From NCBI GenBank assembly GCA_964467775.1, contig CAYXUD010000148.1, positions 1,604-65,603 of the forward strand: a stretch of DNA of 64,000 nt, written 5' to 3'. This stretch comes from an uncultured Bacteroides sp. GTDB taxonomy: Bacteria > Bacteroidota > Bacteroidia > Bacteroidales > GCA-2748055. The notes beneath the pieces were generated by a model. It was not told where the DNA came from. It searched no databases and saw nothing but the letters and a program-made list of their open reading frames with translations. Positions within the stretch are counted from its first letter, which is position 1, and the number at the start of each line of letters is the position of its first letter. Of the stretch, positions 1 to 8,898 are shown piece after piece. The translations under genes were made by a program, and so were the position numbers.

Positions 1-1220
1 TGTCTGAAGTTCCCGGTGATATTCATTTCGGAAACCGGTTTGACCAGCTGCCCCTTCTCTACCAGGAACCCTTCAATACCATAGGAAAAATCTCCTGTGG
101 ACCCGTTGCTGTTGCCGCCGTTGAATCCTGTGACGAGGATACCGCGGTCAATGGAAGCCAGCAGCCCTTCCAGGTCCTTCTCCCCCGGCTGGAAGACCAG
201 GTTGGTGGTATCCCCGGAGGTGGGCACCATCCCCAGTTTTTTCCCGTAATAGGTATCGATATAGTAATCCATCAATACCCCGGCGTCAAGGATACTCCTT
301 TTCTTTGTGGCCAGCCCTTCGCTGTCAAAATAGCGCGATCCCCTTCCCGAGACAATGAACGGATCATCCACGATGGTGAACAGGTCTGAACCGATCTTTT
401 CCCCTTCCAATCCGATCAGGAACGAGTTCTTTTGCTGGATGGACCTTCCGTTCAGGGCGGAGATAACCGGTCCCAGCAGGTTCCTCCCCACAACCCGGTT
501 CTCAACGATCATGGGCATCCTTCCCGACCGGATCTTCTCCTGTCCCAGTTTGTCCAGGGCCCTTTTCAGCGCCTCTTTCCCGATACCCTCTTTGATTAGT
601 TCATCGTGGAAGATGGATGATTCGTACCAGTATGATTCTGGCCTGGCGTCCCCGCTTTTCACCGAAACGGCTGCAACCAGGGAAAAGTATGAATTCTCCG
701 CATCTCCCTCAAACCCATTGCTGGTCACCATCACACTGCCGGACATTCCATCATTGTAGGTTGCGGTCACCGAGATGACCCGTTCATCCTTTCCAAGCAC
801 CTCCTTTTCCACGCCATAGGCGCACTTGATCTTATCCTGAGGGTCCACTGATTTAAACTCTTCATCCATTGTCATGAGGTCACTTCCGCCTCCCTTGTAA
901 TAGAGGTCCGGTTCGGGCAGGGTGCGGAACTCATCCTCCGAAAGATATTTTGTGCCCGCAATGGCCTCTTCGATAAACCTTCCCAGCTCATCCATGTTGC
1001 TGAGCCTGTTGGTGGAGATGCTGGAATACTTCTTATCCACATAGAGACTGATCCTCATGCTGTTCCGGTTGGCCTCCTCGAGTTTATCGATCTTCTCTTC
1101 ACGCACCTCGATCCGGCTGCTGTTGTTTTCATCGATGGACACGCTGGCCTGCTGTGCGCCGTTTTTCAGGGCATGGCCCATGGCCCATCTGGCTACGCTG
1201 TATTTTTCTTCTTTGGTCAT
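1..1220 (-). CDS. pmbA: TldE/PmbA family protein (3' end runs off the window)
   Basis: Manual translation from the ATG at 1220 (MTKEEKYSVARW...). Contains RYFDSEG and ..GFNGGNSNGSTGDFSYGIEGFLVEKGQLVKPVSEMNITGN, typical of PmbA/TldE. No HExxxH. Directly downstream of tldD. Confidence 0.9.
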   Translation of the reverse strand, partial: MTKEEKYSVARWAMGHALKNGAQQASVSIDENNSSRIEVREEKIDKLEEANRNSMRISLYVDKKYSSISTNRLSNMDELGRFIEEAIAGTKYLSEDEFRTLPEPDLYYKGGGSDLMTMDEEFKSVDPQDKIKCAYGVEKEVLGKDERVISVTATYNDGMSGSVMVTSNGFEGDAENSYFSLVAAVSVKSGDARPESYWYESSIFHDELIKEGIGKEALKRALDKLGQEKIRSGRMPMIVENRVVGRNLLGPVISALNGRSIQQKNSFLIGLEGEKIGSDLFTIVDDPFIVSGRGSRYFDSEGLATKKRSILDAGVLMDYYIDTYYGKKLGMVPTSGDTTNLVFQPGEKDLEGLLASIDRGILVTGFNGGNSNGSTGDFSYGIEGFLVEKGQLVKPVSEMNITGNFR

Positions 1221-1239
1221 GATTTAGTCTTTTTCAGGG

Positions 1240-2766
1240 TTATGCACTGGTTCCGCCGACGGTCAGTTTTTTCACAAGGACCGTGGGAAGCCCCATGGTC
1301 ACGGGGACCGATTGTCCGCCTTTGCCACACATCCAGGAACCATTATCAGTTTTGTAATCCCCTGCTGCCATGGTGATATCGGCCAGCGCCTGGGGCCCGT
1401 TGCCGATAATATTGACATCCTTGATGGGCCGGGTCAGCTTGCCGTTTTCGATCAGGGAACCCGACTTCACGAAGAATGTGAAATCCCCGGCCCCGATGTT
1501 CACCTGGCCATTGCTGAAGTTGTCCACATATACGCCGTAGTCCACACTGGCAATGATGTCATCTTTTGAATGCGGCCCCGGCTCCATGTAGGTGATGCGC
1601 ATCCGGGGAAGGGGTACGAAGCGGAACGACTCCCTTCTCCCGTTCCCTGTGGGCTCAACGCCATAGAATCTGGCACTGATACGGTCATGGATGTAACTTT
1701 CCAGTACACCGTCTTTCACCAGGTACACCTTCCTGACATCGTTCCCCTCGTCGTCAATATTGATGGAGCCACGGTTGTGCTCAATGGTTCCGTCCTCAAT
1801 GATGCTGATGAAATCCCCGGCGACGCTCTGGCCCATCTTATCACTGAAGATGGAGGTCTTTTTCCGGTTGAAATCGGCCTCGAAGGCATGGCCCATGGCT
1901 TCGTGCAGCAGGATCCCCGATCCTCCGGCACCCAGCACCACCGGCATCTCCCCGGCCCTGGGCCTGGTGGCACTGAAGAGGATATTGGTACGGTCAACGG
2001 CCTCCCGGGCGATCTCCTCGATCAGGTCATCACCCATCCACTCGAACCCGATGCGATAGGAGCGGGAGCTTCCGTCACTCTCGATCTGGCCGTCCTTCTC
2101 CATCACGCAGCGCACCCTGAAACTGGCCAGCGGGCGGTAGTCATAGGTAAAAAGGCCCTCGGAATTGTAGAACATCATATATGCAGTTTCATCGGACAGG
2201 GTTGCATTTACCTTGGTTACCTTCTTATCCAGTTCAAAAACCCGGTCATTGATCTTCTGCACATAGGGCACCTTTTCTTCCACCGACACATTTTCCCATT
2301 TCCGGGAGATCCTGTAATGATCGGCAGGCACCTTCTCCAGGAGCCCGTCCAGCTTGAAAGTGGCCGGATCACTGGCAATGTTGGCCGCGGTCCTGGCTAC
2401 TTTCAGCATGTCCCGGAGGCTGATCGTCTCGGTATAGGCGAACCCTGTCTGTTCACCTTTCAGCACCCTGACCCCCATGCCGTAATCCACGTTTGAGTAG
2501 GCCCGGTTTACCTTGCCGTCCTCGAGTGCGAGGGTATTGGATATCTTGTGTTCAAAGAACAGGTCGGCATAATCTCCTCCCTTCGACATGGCCTCTGCTA
2601 TCACTTTCTGCAGCATCTCGGGAGTCACTTCAAAATGGTCTAAATAGCTTTTCACATCCGGTGAGAGTTGAAGGTTCTGGCACGATTTTAACAGCGGCGG
2701 CAACACCATGGTCCCCGCCACGGCAGCCCCCCCTGATCTTATAAAACTTCGTCTGGAAAGATTCAT
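1240..2766 (-). CDS. tldD: TldD metalloprotease with a twin-arginine (Tat) signal peptide and possible lipobox Cys
   Basis: HEAMGH zinc motif, DDEG motif and C-terminal CGKGGQ. Start placed at MNLSRRSFIRSGG (ATG 2766). Confidence 0.92.
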   Translation of the reverse strand: MNLSRRSFIRSGGAAVAGTMVLPPLLKSCQNLQLSPDVKSYLDHFEVTPEMLQKVIAEAMSKGGDYADLFFEHKISNTLALEDGKVNRAYSNVDYGMGVRVLKGEQTGFAYTETISLRDMLKVARTAANIASDPATFKLDGLLEKVPADHYRISRKWENVSVEEKVPYVQKINDRVFELDKKVTKVNATLSDETAYMMFYNSEGLFTYDYRPLASFRVRCVMEKDGQIESDGSSRSYRIGFEWMGDDLIEEIAREAVDRTNILFSATRPRAGEMPVVLGAGGSGILLHEAMGHAFEADFNRKKTSIFSDKMGQSVAGDFISIIEDGTIEHNRGSINIDDEGNDVRKVYLVKDGVLESYIHDRISARFYGVEPTGNGRRESFRFVPLPRMRITYMEPGPHSKDDIIASVDYGVYVDNFSNGQVNIGAGDFTFFVKSGSLIENGKLTRPIKDVNIIGNGPQALADITMAAGDYKTDNGSWMCGKGGQSVPVTMGLPTVLVKKLTVGGTSA

Positions 2767-2859
2767 AGGGATCAGATTTTGTGATTGATCGCTCAATGTA
2801 CAATTTTTCAGTGGAACAGGAAACAGGATCGATGACTTGTAGGGCAGTATTAACAATTA

Positions 2860-3984
2860 TTAAGAAAGGGATGGAAGGATGTACCGGGTCACCAGCTCAA
2901 AAATGGCCCACTCCTGCTCATTGGTGGCTTCGGGAGGCACATTGTTGTTGCAGGTGGAAACCACGATCAGGTCAAGACCGGGGAATACGATCACAAACTG
3001 GCCGCCATACCCGTATCCCATGAAGGAGTCATGCCCGTTGAACTGGCCCAGCCACCAGAGGCTGGCGTAGTTGTAGTTCTTCCAGGTTCCCCAGCTGTTG
3101 GGATGGGAGAGGTCCGTGCTGGGCTGCAGCGAGTGCTCCACCCATTCCTCAGGGACGATCTGTTTCCCTTTCAGGACCCCGTGTTGAAGATAAAGCAAAC
3201 CGAACACGGCCATTTCCCGGGGAGTCACATGCATGGAATTTCCCCCGAAATAGATACCCTGGGGATCCTGCTCCCAGGAATCAATATCAATGCCCATGGG
3301 ATCGAAAAGATTCTCTTCAGCAAACTCAAGGGTGCTCTGACCCGTTGCCTTTGTAATCACTCCCGAGAGCAGGTGCGTGATGAATGTATTGTACCTCATT
3401 TGCTCACCCGGACCGGAAACCAGCGGGTACTCGATGGTACTTTTAATCCAGTTGGCGGAGTTGTACAACCCGGCATATATGCCATAGTTACCGGCCGATT
3501 CATCCTCGATGCCCATACGCATGGTGAGCAGGTGGCCGATGGTGATCTGGTCCTTCCTGGGATCCAGCTCATCCGAGTCATACTCCGGGAAATAGTCCAG
3601 CATCCTGTCTTCCAGTTCCAGTCCGTAATTCCCGTAAAAGGCCATTCCCGTGATGGCAGAGAGCATGCTTTTGGATACCGACATGATGTTGTGCGGCTGG
3701 TCCCTGGTGAAATCATTGTAATACTGTTCAGCGACGATCTTCCCGCTTTTAACGACCAGCAAACCGTCCACATACCCTTTCTGTGATGCAGCGGTAAAAG
3801 CCGAATCGAGGATCTGTGGGTCCATGCCGGCCTTCAGGGGCGTGGTCATCTCCCATACATACGGTACATAAGGGTTGTTCCCGGATTCTTCCCCGCATCC
3901 CGGCAGCAGGATAAAGATCAATATCACAATGGGAAGCCTGGCAAGGTTCCGGAGAAAGGGTTCTTTTGTGGTTTTCGGGATCAT
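2860..3984 (-). CDS. Serine hydrolase (class C beta-lactamase/esterase family) lipoprotein
   Basis: SVSK (SxxK) catalytic motif, YN motif, LLTMRMG and GYGGQ motifs; hydrophobic stretch ending LLPGC. Start uncertain (3984 or 3996). Confidence 0.85.
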   Translation of the reverse strand: MIPKTTKEPFLRNLARLPIVILIFILLPGCGEESGNNPYVPYVWEMTTPLKAGMDPQILDSAFTAASQKGYVDGLLVVKSGKIVAEQYYNDFTRDQPHNIMSVSKSMLSAITGMAFYGNYGLELEDRMLDYFPEYDSDELDPRKDQITIGHLLTMRMGIEDESAGNYGIYAGLYNSANWIKSTIEYPLVSGPGEQMRYNTFITHLLSGVITKATGQSTLEFAEENLFDPMGIDIDSWEQDPQGIYFGGNSMHVTPREMAVFGLLYLQHGVLKGKQIVPEEWVEHSLQPSTDLSHPNSWGTWKNYNYASLWWLGQFNGHDSFMGYGYGGQFVIVFPGLDLIVVSTCNNNVPPEATNEQEWAIFELVTRYILPSLS

Positions 3985-4205
3985 CCTGACATCCATATGA
4001 TGCACCAGGGGGAGATTACCCCCTGTGATATGACAAATTTATTACTGATTTATTACATTTATCCTGCAGTGAACTATATTCCCAATCATTGACCGGTATA
4101 ATGAGCTGCGGACCGTGGACCGCATGGACCGGGGGGCGGATTTAACAGAATAATTAACATTATACTCCTTTAGTTTGCTTTAACTTACACGCCAAATCAC
4201 CTGTT

Positions 4206-5123
4206 ATGAGTAAAATTAATATAGATCGCCGGAGGTTTATCGGGGCCCTTGCACTGGGGACCGCCCACCTCATGTTCGAGAATCCACTTTACGGGAGGGC
4301 GCCAAGGTTTACATCCACCGATCCGTTGCAGCCCGTGTCCCTGGGCAAATCGGGACTGGATACGACCCTGATCGGTTTCGGGACCGGGGTGTGGGCGGGC
4401 AACCGGAGCTCCTTTCTGACCCGCCAGGAAAAGGATAAAAGCATCGCCACCCTGAGGCATGCCTATGAGCGGGGTATCAGGATGTTTGATTGCGCCGATA
4501 CCTATGGTACCCATGGGATCATGGCCGAGGCGATGAAAACGATGGAGAGGGAGCAGCTGATGGTCTCTTCAAAGATATGGACCCGGCGGGGTAATATTCC
4601 CGACACGGACCGGCCCGATGCCAACATTGTGGTGGACCGGTTCCGAAAAGAGCTGGAAACTGATTATCTCGACCTTGTTCAGATCCACTGCATGGTGGAT
4701 CCGGACTGGACCGGTTCGATGCGGAAACAGATGGATATCCTCGAGGATCTGAAGGCAAAGGGCATCATCCGTGCCCACGGGGTCTCCGTGCATTCCCTGG
4801 ATGCAATGAAAGCTGCACTGGAGGATCCGTGGGTGGATGTGATCCACGTGCGTATCAACCCCTATGGGATATCCATGGACAAGCCGGAACCGGAAGAGGT
4901 GGTGGATGTGATCCACAAACTGCATGCCTCGGGAAAGGGAGTGATCGGGATGAAACTTGTGGGCAACGGGGAATTCAGCAATGAAAGCGAAAAGATCGAT
5001 CACTCCGTCAGGTTTGTGCTGGGACTGGGCAGCGTGGATATGGTGATCGTTGGATTTGAGAACGGCAAGCAGGTGGACAACTACATGGAGCGCACCGAAT
5101 CGGCGCTAAAATCTCTCTCCTGA
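4206..5123 (+). CDS. Aldo/keto reductase with Tat signal
   Basis: GFGT, FDCADTYG, SSK and DLVQIH motifs of the AKR catalytic tetrad; N-terminal DRRRFIG. Confidence 0.88.
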   Translation: MSKINIDRRRFIGALALGTAHLMFENPLYGRAPRFTSTDPLQPVSLGKSGLDTTLIGFGTGVWAGNRSSFLTRQEKDKSIATLRHAYERGIRMFDCADTYGTHGIMAEAMKTMEREQLMVSSKIWTRRGNIPDTDRPDANIVVDRFRKELETDYLDLVQIHCMVDPDWTGSMRKQMDILEDLKAKGIIRAHGVSVHSLDAMKAALEDPWVDVIHVRINPYGISMDKPEPEEVVDVIHKLHASGKGVIGMKLVGNGEFSNESEKIDHSVRFVLGLGSVDMVIVGFENGKQVDNYMERTESALKSLS

Positions 5124-5165
5124 TCCGGAAACAAATGATTATATTTAGGGATAATAGCACGGATT

Positions 5166-6146
5166 ATGCGAAAACGGTCAGCCTCTGTTTGCCTGGAACT
5201 GCTTTTAATATCCTGTCTCTGTACGGCCCAGAGCCCGGCTTTCTACCTGGGGTTTGACCAGATCCTGGACAACAGGGAGTATTTCACTGAATACGGGGTG
5301 CATCAGACCATCTTCGGGGTCCGGATCGATCCCGGTGTCTCCTTTGGATTTGATTCGGTTCACTCGGTGAAGGTGGGGATCAACTACATGTATGAATTCG
5401 GGGGAACCCTGTTCGGCGTAACCCCTCAGCTAGATCTCTATTACAGCTACCAGACGGAGCAGCTGCAGCTGAGATTCGGATCGTTCCCCCGCAGGGAGGT
5501 CGTCGATTACCCCCTTTTCCTGATGACCGATTCCCTGGGCTATTACCGGCCCAATCTGGAAGGGGCATCCGTTCGCTATGCCTGGGGATGGGGGATGGTG
5601 CACGGTTGGGTGGACTGGACCGGAAGGGCTTCCCCGGATACCCGGGAATCGATCCTGGCAGGGATCGATGCCAGCTTTCACCTGGGGGTCTTCTACCTTG
5701 CGCCCATGGCCACACGCTATCACCTGGCCCGGACCACAGCACCGGGCGACAACAACCAGATCAGGGATGACGGTTCCATCATGGTGCTTGCAGGCATTGA
5801 CCTGTCCGACCGGCTCTTTTTTGAAAGGCTTGATTTTGCATCCGGCCTGGCAACCACCTATAAAAGGGACCGGCCCTCATTTTACCAGTGGTTCAACGGC
5901 TGGTACTCCCGGCTCGATATGAAATACTGGATCTTCGGGATGAAAGGGACCTACTACTTTGGGGATACCTCCCCACTCGCATATGGGGACCCCCTGTATG
6001 GTTCAGGGAATTATGGAAGGATCGACCTTTTTGTGGACCCCTTCAGGAATCCGCGCATCTCAGCGAAATTTGCATGGAACTTCCACATCCTTCCATGGGA
6101 CGGGCTCTACCATTCCCAGCAGGTCCTGATCCACGTCACCCTGTAA
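5166..6146 (+). CDS. Hypothetical outer-membrane beta-barrel protein
   Basis: Signal peptide (..CTA/Q), aromatic-rich alternating strands, C-terminal strand QQVLIHVTL. Confidence 0.65.
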   Translation: MRKRSASVCLELLLISCLCTAQSPAFYLGFDQILDNREYFTEYGVHQTIFGVRIDPGVSFGFDSVHSVKVGINYMYEFGGTLFGVTPQLDLYYSYQTEQLQLRFGSFPRREVVDYPLFLMTDSLGYYRPNLEGASVRYAWGWGMVHGWVDWTGRASPDTRESILAGIDASFHLGVFYLAPMATRYHLARTTAPGDNNQIRDDGSIMVLAGIDLSDRLFFERLDFASGLATTYKRDRPSFYQWFNGWYSRLDMKYWIFGMKGTYYFGDTSPLAYGDPLYGSGNYGRIDLFVDPFRNPRISAKFAWNFHILPWDGLYHSQQVLIHVTL

Positions 6147-6203
6147 CGGGGTGAAGTACACGGTGCGAAGTACTCAGATTGCCTGAAAGTGTATTCCCTG
6201 AGA

Positions 6204-6231
6204 TTCCCGGGTTCGCGTTTTGCGCCGGGAA
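6204..6231. terminator. Hairpin between convergent genes, probable terminator
   Basis: TTCCCGG..CGC-loop-GCG CCGGGAA inverted repeat; no strong U tract. Confidence 0.4.
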
Positions 6232-6238
6232 ACGTACA

Positions 6239-7681
6239 CTAAGATCTCCGGAGGAGATCGCTTGCAGTGTTGTAGCCGTTGATTATGGCCCCGGAGAATC
6301 CGCCACCGAGCTTACCCCATGCAGAGGCAATATGGATGTTCTCCGGAAGGGAGGCCAGGTATTCGACAGGCTTCCCGGGATCCTGGGCAAATCCGTAGAC
6401 TGCACCCCCGGGGTTGAGGGTAAAACGTTTAACACTCAGCGATGTGGCCACCTCTATGTACTCCACGGCATCCCTGAACCCGGGGATGAATCTTTCACAG
6501 CGGTCGGTCATTGTATCAGCCAGGTCGGCTTTCATCCGGGTGTACTCCTCACGGTTCAGCCCTTCCCAGTCGGATGGGTAGTCAATGCCGCACACAGCCC
6601 CGACACTTTTTCCCGCGGGTGCCAGCCTTGAATCAACCTGTCCGTAATCCACAAAAGTGAAGCTCCTGGTGCTGAAGTCGCCGTGGTTGTTGGCAACTAT
6701 ATCGGCCTGGGTGCGGATCGACGGATCGAAGACAAAGGTGGAGTAATACCTGTTGCCTAAATCCTTGAGTGGTTGATTGAAACCATAGTAGACCGTGAAG
6801 AGGGAGGCCCCGATCCTGTTGTTCCGGAGGCTTTCTGCCAATCTTTTCCCATCAGGTCCGGGGAGCAGCTCCGTGGCAAGATTGGGGACAGCCGCATTGA
6901 CAATGATATCATCCGCCCGGGCGGAATAAATTCCCCGCTCTTTCCCTTTCACATCCTGATAACTGACGCCCGCAGGTCTCTTGTTTTCATATTCGACGGC
7001 AGTGACCAGGCTGTTCAGTTTCACCTCCCCGCCATGCTCCAGAATGATCTCCATCAATGCATTGGACAGCTGCTGTGATCCGCCCTGGATGAAGTTGGAC
7101 CTGCCACCGTAGTTGCTCCCCTGGGCCGACAGGTAATAGAACCATGAAAGGGAATAGGGATCGTCGCTGAAATAACCAAGGTTCCCCAGCAGCACAAGTT
7201 TCAGGTCTTCCTCCCTGATGATCTCGTCCAGGAACTGTCCCGCGCTTTTTTCAGGTTCACCGCGGTGCATCACCATGACCCGTTTGGCATTGGCAAGGTG
7301 CCAGAAATAGGCATCAATCCCTTCACTCTCCCCGGGGAATGCATTTTTCAGGATCCGTTTGGCCTCTTCCGCATCATGGGGGATCACGATATCCTGCCGG
7401 CCGTTGATGAACCTGTAGAACTCGGGCAGGGCAAGGAAGGTTACCCGGCCGAGGAGCCCGAGGTCCTCAAACAACCTGTTTTTTGTATCCCTGGGATAGA
7501 GGCCTTCCATCTCATGCAGGCCCACCTCCATGGTAAATCCCTTCCGTTTGAATGTGGTGGCACAGCCTCCCGGCCTGTCGTGCTGCTCGAGCAATAGCAG
7601 GGTTTTCCCCTCCTTGGCCAGTTTTGCCCCGGCAGTAAGGCCTCCCAGTCCGCCTCCAATGATGATGAAATCGTATTTCAT
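6239..7681 (-). CDS. NAD(P)/FAD-dependent oxidoreductase, phytoene dehydrogenase/retinol saturase-like
   Basis: N-terminal IIIGGGLGGL dinucleotide-binding motif, EQHDRPGG, and C-terminal ATSLSVKRFTLNPGGAVYG..GGGFSGA. Confidence 0.85.
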   Translation of the reverse strand: MKYDFIIIGGGLGGLTAGAKLAKEGKTLLLLEQHDRPGGCATTFKRKGFTMEVGLHEMEGLYPRDTKNRLFEDLGLLGRVTFLALPEFYRFINGRQDIVIPHDAEEAKRILKNAFPGESEGIDAYFWHLANAKRVMVMHRGEPEKSAGQFLDEIIREEDLKLVLLGNLGYFSDDPYSLSWFYYLSAQGSNYGGRSNFIQGGSQQLSNALMEIILEHGGEVKLNSLVTAVEYENKRPAGVSYQDVKGKERGIYSARADDIIVNAAVPNLATELLPGPDGKRLAESLRNNRIGASLFTVYYGFNQPLKDLGNRYYSTFVFDPSIRTQADIVANNHGDFSTRSFTFVDYGQVDSRLAPAGKSVGAVCGIDYPSDWEGLNREEYTRMKADLADTMTDRCERFIPGFRDAVEYIEVATSLSVKRFTLNPGGAVYGFAQDPGKPVEYLASLPENIHIASAWGKLGGGFSGAIINGYNTASDLLRRS

Positions 7682-7696
7682 GGCATGATGATCTGT

Positions 7697-8872
7697 TCAG
7701 CCACCCTTCTCCCCGGGGATCGGATATCTTTTGAACTCCCTGTTGCGGTCAAAAAGAACCCTGTATGTGATATAGTGTTTCACCGACTGGCATCCAACCG
7801 ATATAAAGATCTTTCGCATCTTCGGATTGAAATCCCCGACCCATGAAAACTCTATCTCCGTATAGTGCGGTTTCCGTTCGAAGACCTTCACCAGGTTCAG
7901 GATGATGGCCGCCTCGACCCCCAGTCCCTGGAAAGCAGGGATCACTCCCATCAGCACCCCCCTGGCCCGGGTCATGGTCTTCTTCTTTTTCAGGTAGAGG
8001 AACTTCACCATGGCCGGCAGGGTCATCCTTCCGTTCAGATGTTTGAGGATCTGGTTTACATCGGGATACATCAGGTAGATGGCAATGGGTTTGCCCTTGT
8101 GGTAGGCAATCCAGATAAACTCCTGGTCGATGATGGCCCTGGCCTTTTGAAGGGTCTTTCTGATGTATGAGACTTCCAGGGGCTCAAAATTGTCCTTGAA
8201 TGAGGCCCATGCTTCATTGAATACAGCCACAAAATCCCTGACCAGGCGTTCTTGATCCTTCCATTCAAAGTGCCTGAACTCATAGCCGGGCTTCTGAACA
8301 ATCCATTCAGCGATCCGCTTGAACCGGGGCGGAAGGGGCTGCGTGATATCGAGGTGAAAACCCTCCTGCATGAAATAGGGCCTGAACCCGTAAGATTCAA
8401 AGAGCTGCCGGTAGTAAGGAGGATTGTAGGCTATTTCATAGGAAGGGTGGGTGAAGCCATCCACCAGCAGGCCCCAGTATTTGTCAGTCTCCCCGAAATT
8501 GACAGGACCGTCCATCGCCTCCATCCCCCTGGCTTCCAGCCACTCCCTGCAGGTGTCGAACAGCAGGCAGGAGGCCTCGGTGTCATTGATGCACTCAAAA
8601 AAGCCCATTCCCCCGGTGGGCTGGTCTTGCCTGTCGGCGGTATGGTGGTCAATAAATGCAGCCACCCTGCCGATCAGTGCGCCACGGCTGTCATACAGCA
8701 CCCACCGTGTGGCTTCCCCGTGCCTGAAATAGACATTTTTACCGGGATCGAAAATGGATTCTATCTCCTTATCCAGCGGGCATACCCAGGTTGGGTCCTC
8801 CCGGTAGATGATCCTGGGGACCTCCAGGAATGCCTTCTTTAAACCTTTGCCGGATACCTCAGATATCTTCAT
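7697..8872 (-). CDS. Tandem-GNAT N-acyltransferase (YghO/bacterial ceramide synthase-like family)
   Basis: GRVAAFI, GFFEC, GPVNFGE..WGLLVDGF, YNPPYY, GVIPAFQGLG and SWVGDFN motifs. Start placed at MKISEV (8872). Confidence 0.8.
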   Translation of the reverse strand: MKISEVSGKGLKKAFLEVPRIIYREDPTWVCPLDKEIESIFDPGKNVYFRHGEATRWVLYDSRGALIGRVAAFIDHHTADRQDQPTGGMGFFECINDTEASCLLFDTCREWLEARGMEAMDGPVNFGETDKYWGLLVDGFTHPSYEIAYNPPYYRQLFESYGFRPYFMQEGFHLDITQPLPPRFKRIAEWIVQKPGYEFRHFEWKDQERLVRDFVAVFNEAWASFKDNFEPLEVSYIRKTLQKARAIIDQEFIWIAYHKGKPIAIYLMYPDVNQILKHLNGRMTLPAMVKFLYLKKKKTMTRARGVLMGVIPAFQGLGVEAAIILNLVKVFERKPHYTEIEFSWVGDFNPKMRKIFISVGCQSVKHYITYRVLFDRNREFKRYPIPGEKGG

Positions 8873-8898
8873 GGCCGCGGAGGCTTGTTGATGGTGGA

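Noticed and set aside
1570-2496. Long antisense ORFs (also 9010-10137, 10758-11810, 25021-25863, 27814-28890, 33250-34245)
   Set aside because: They lie in frame opposite well-supported genes and show no protein motifs. Such shadow ORFs are expected from GC-rich codon usage.
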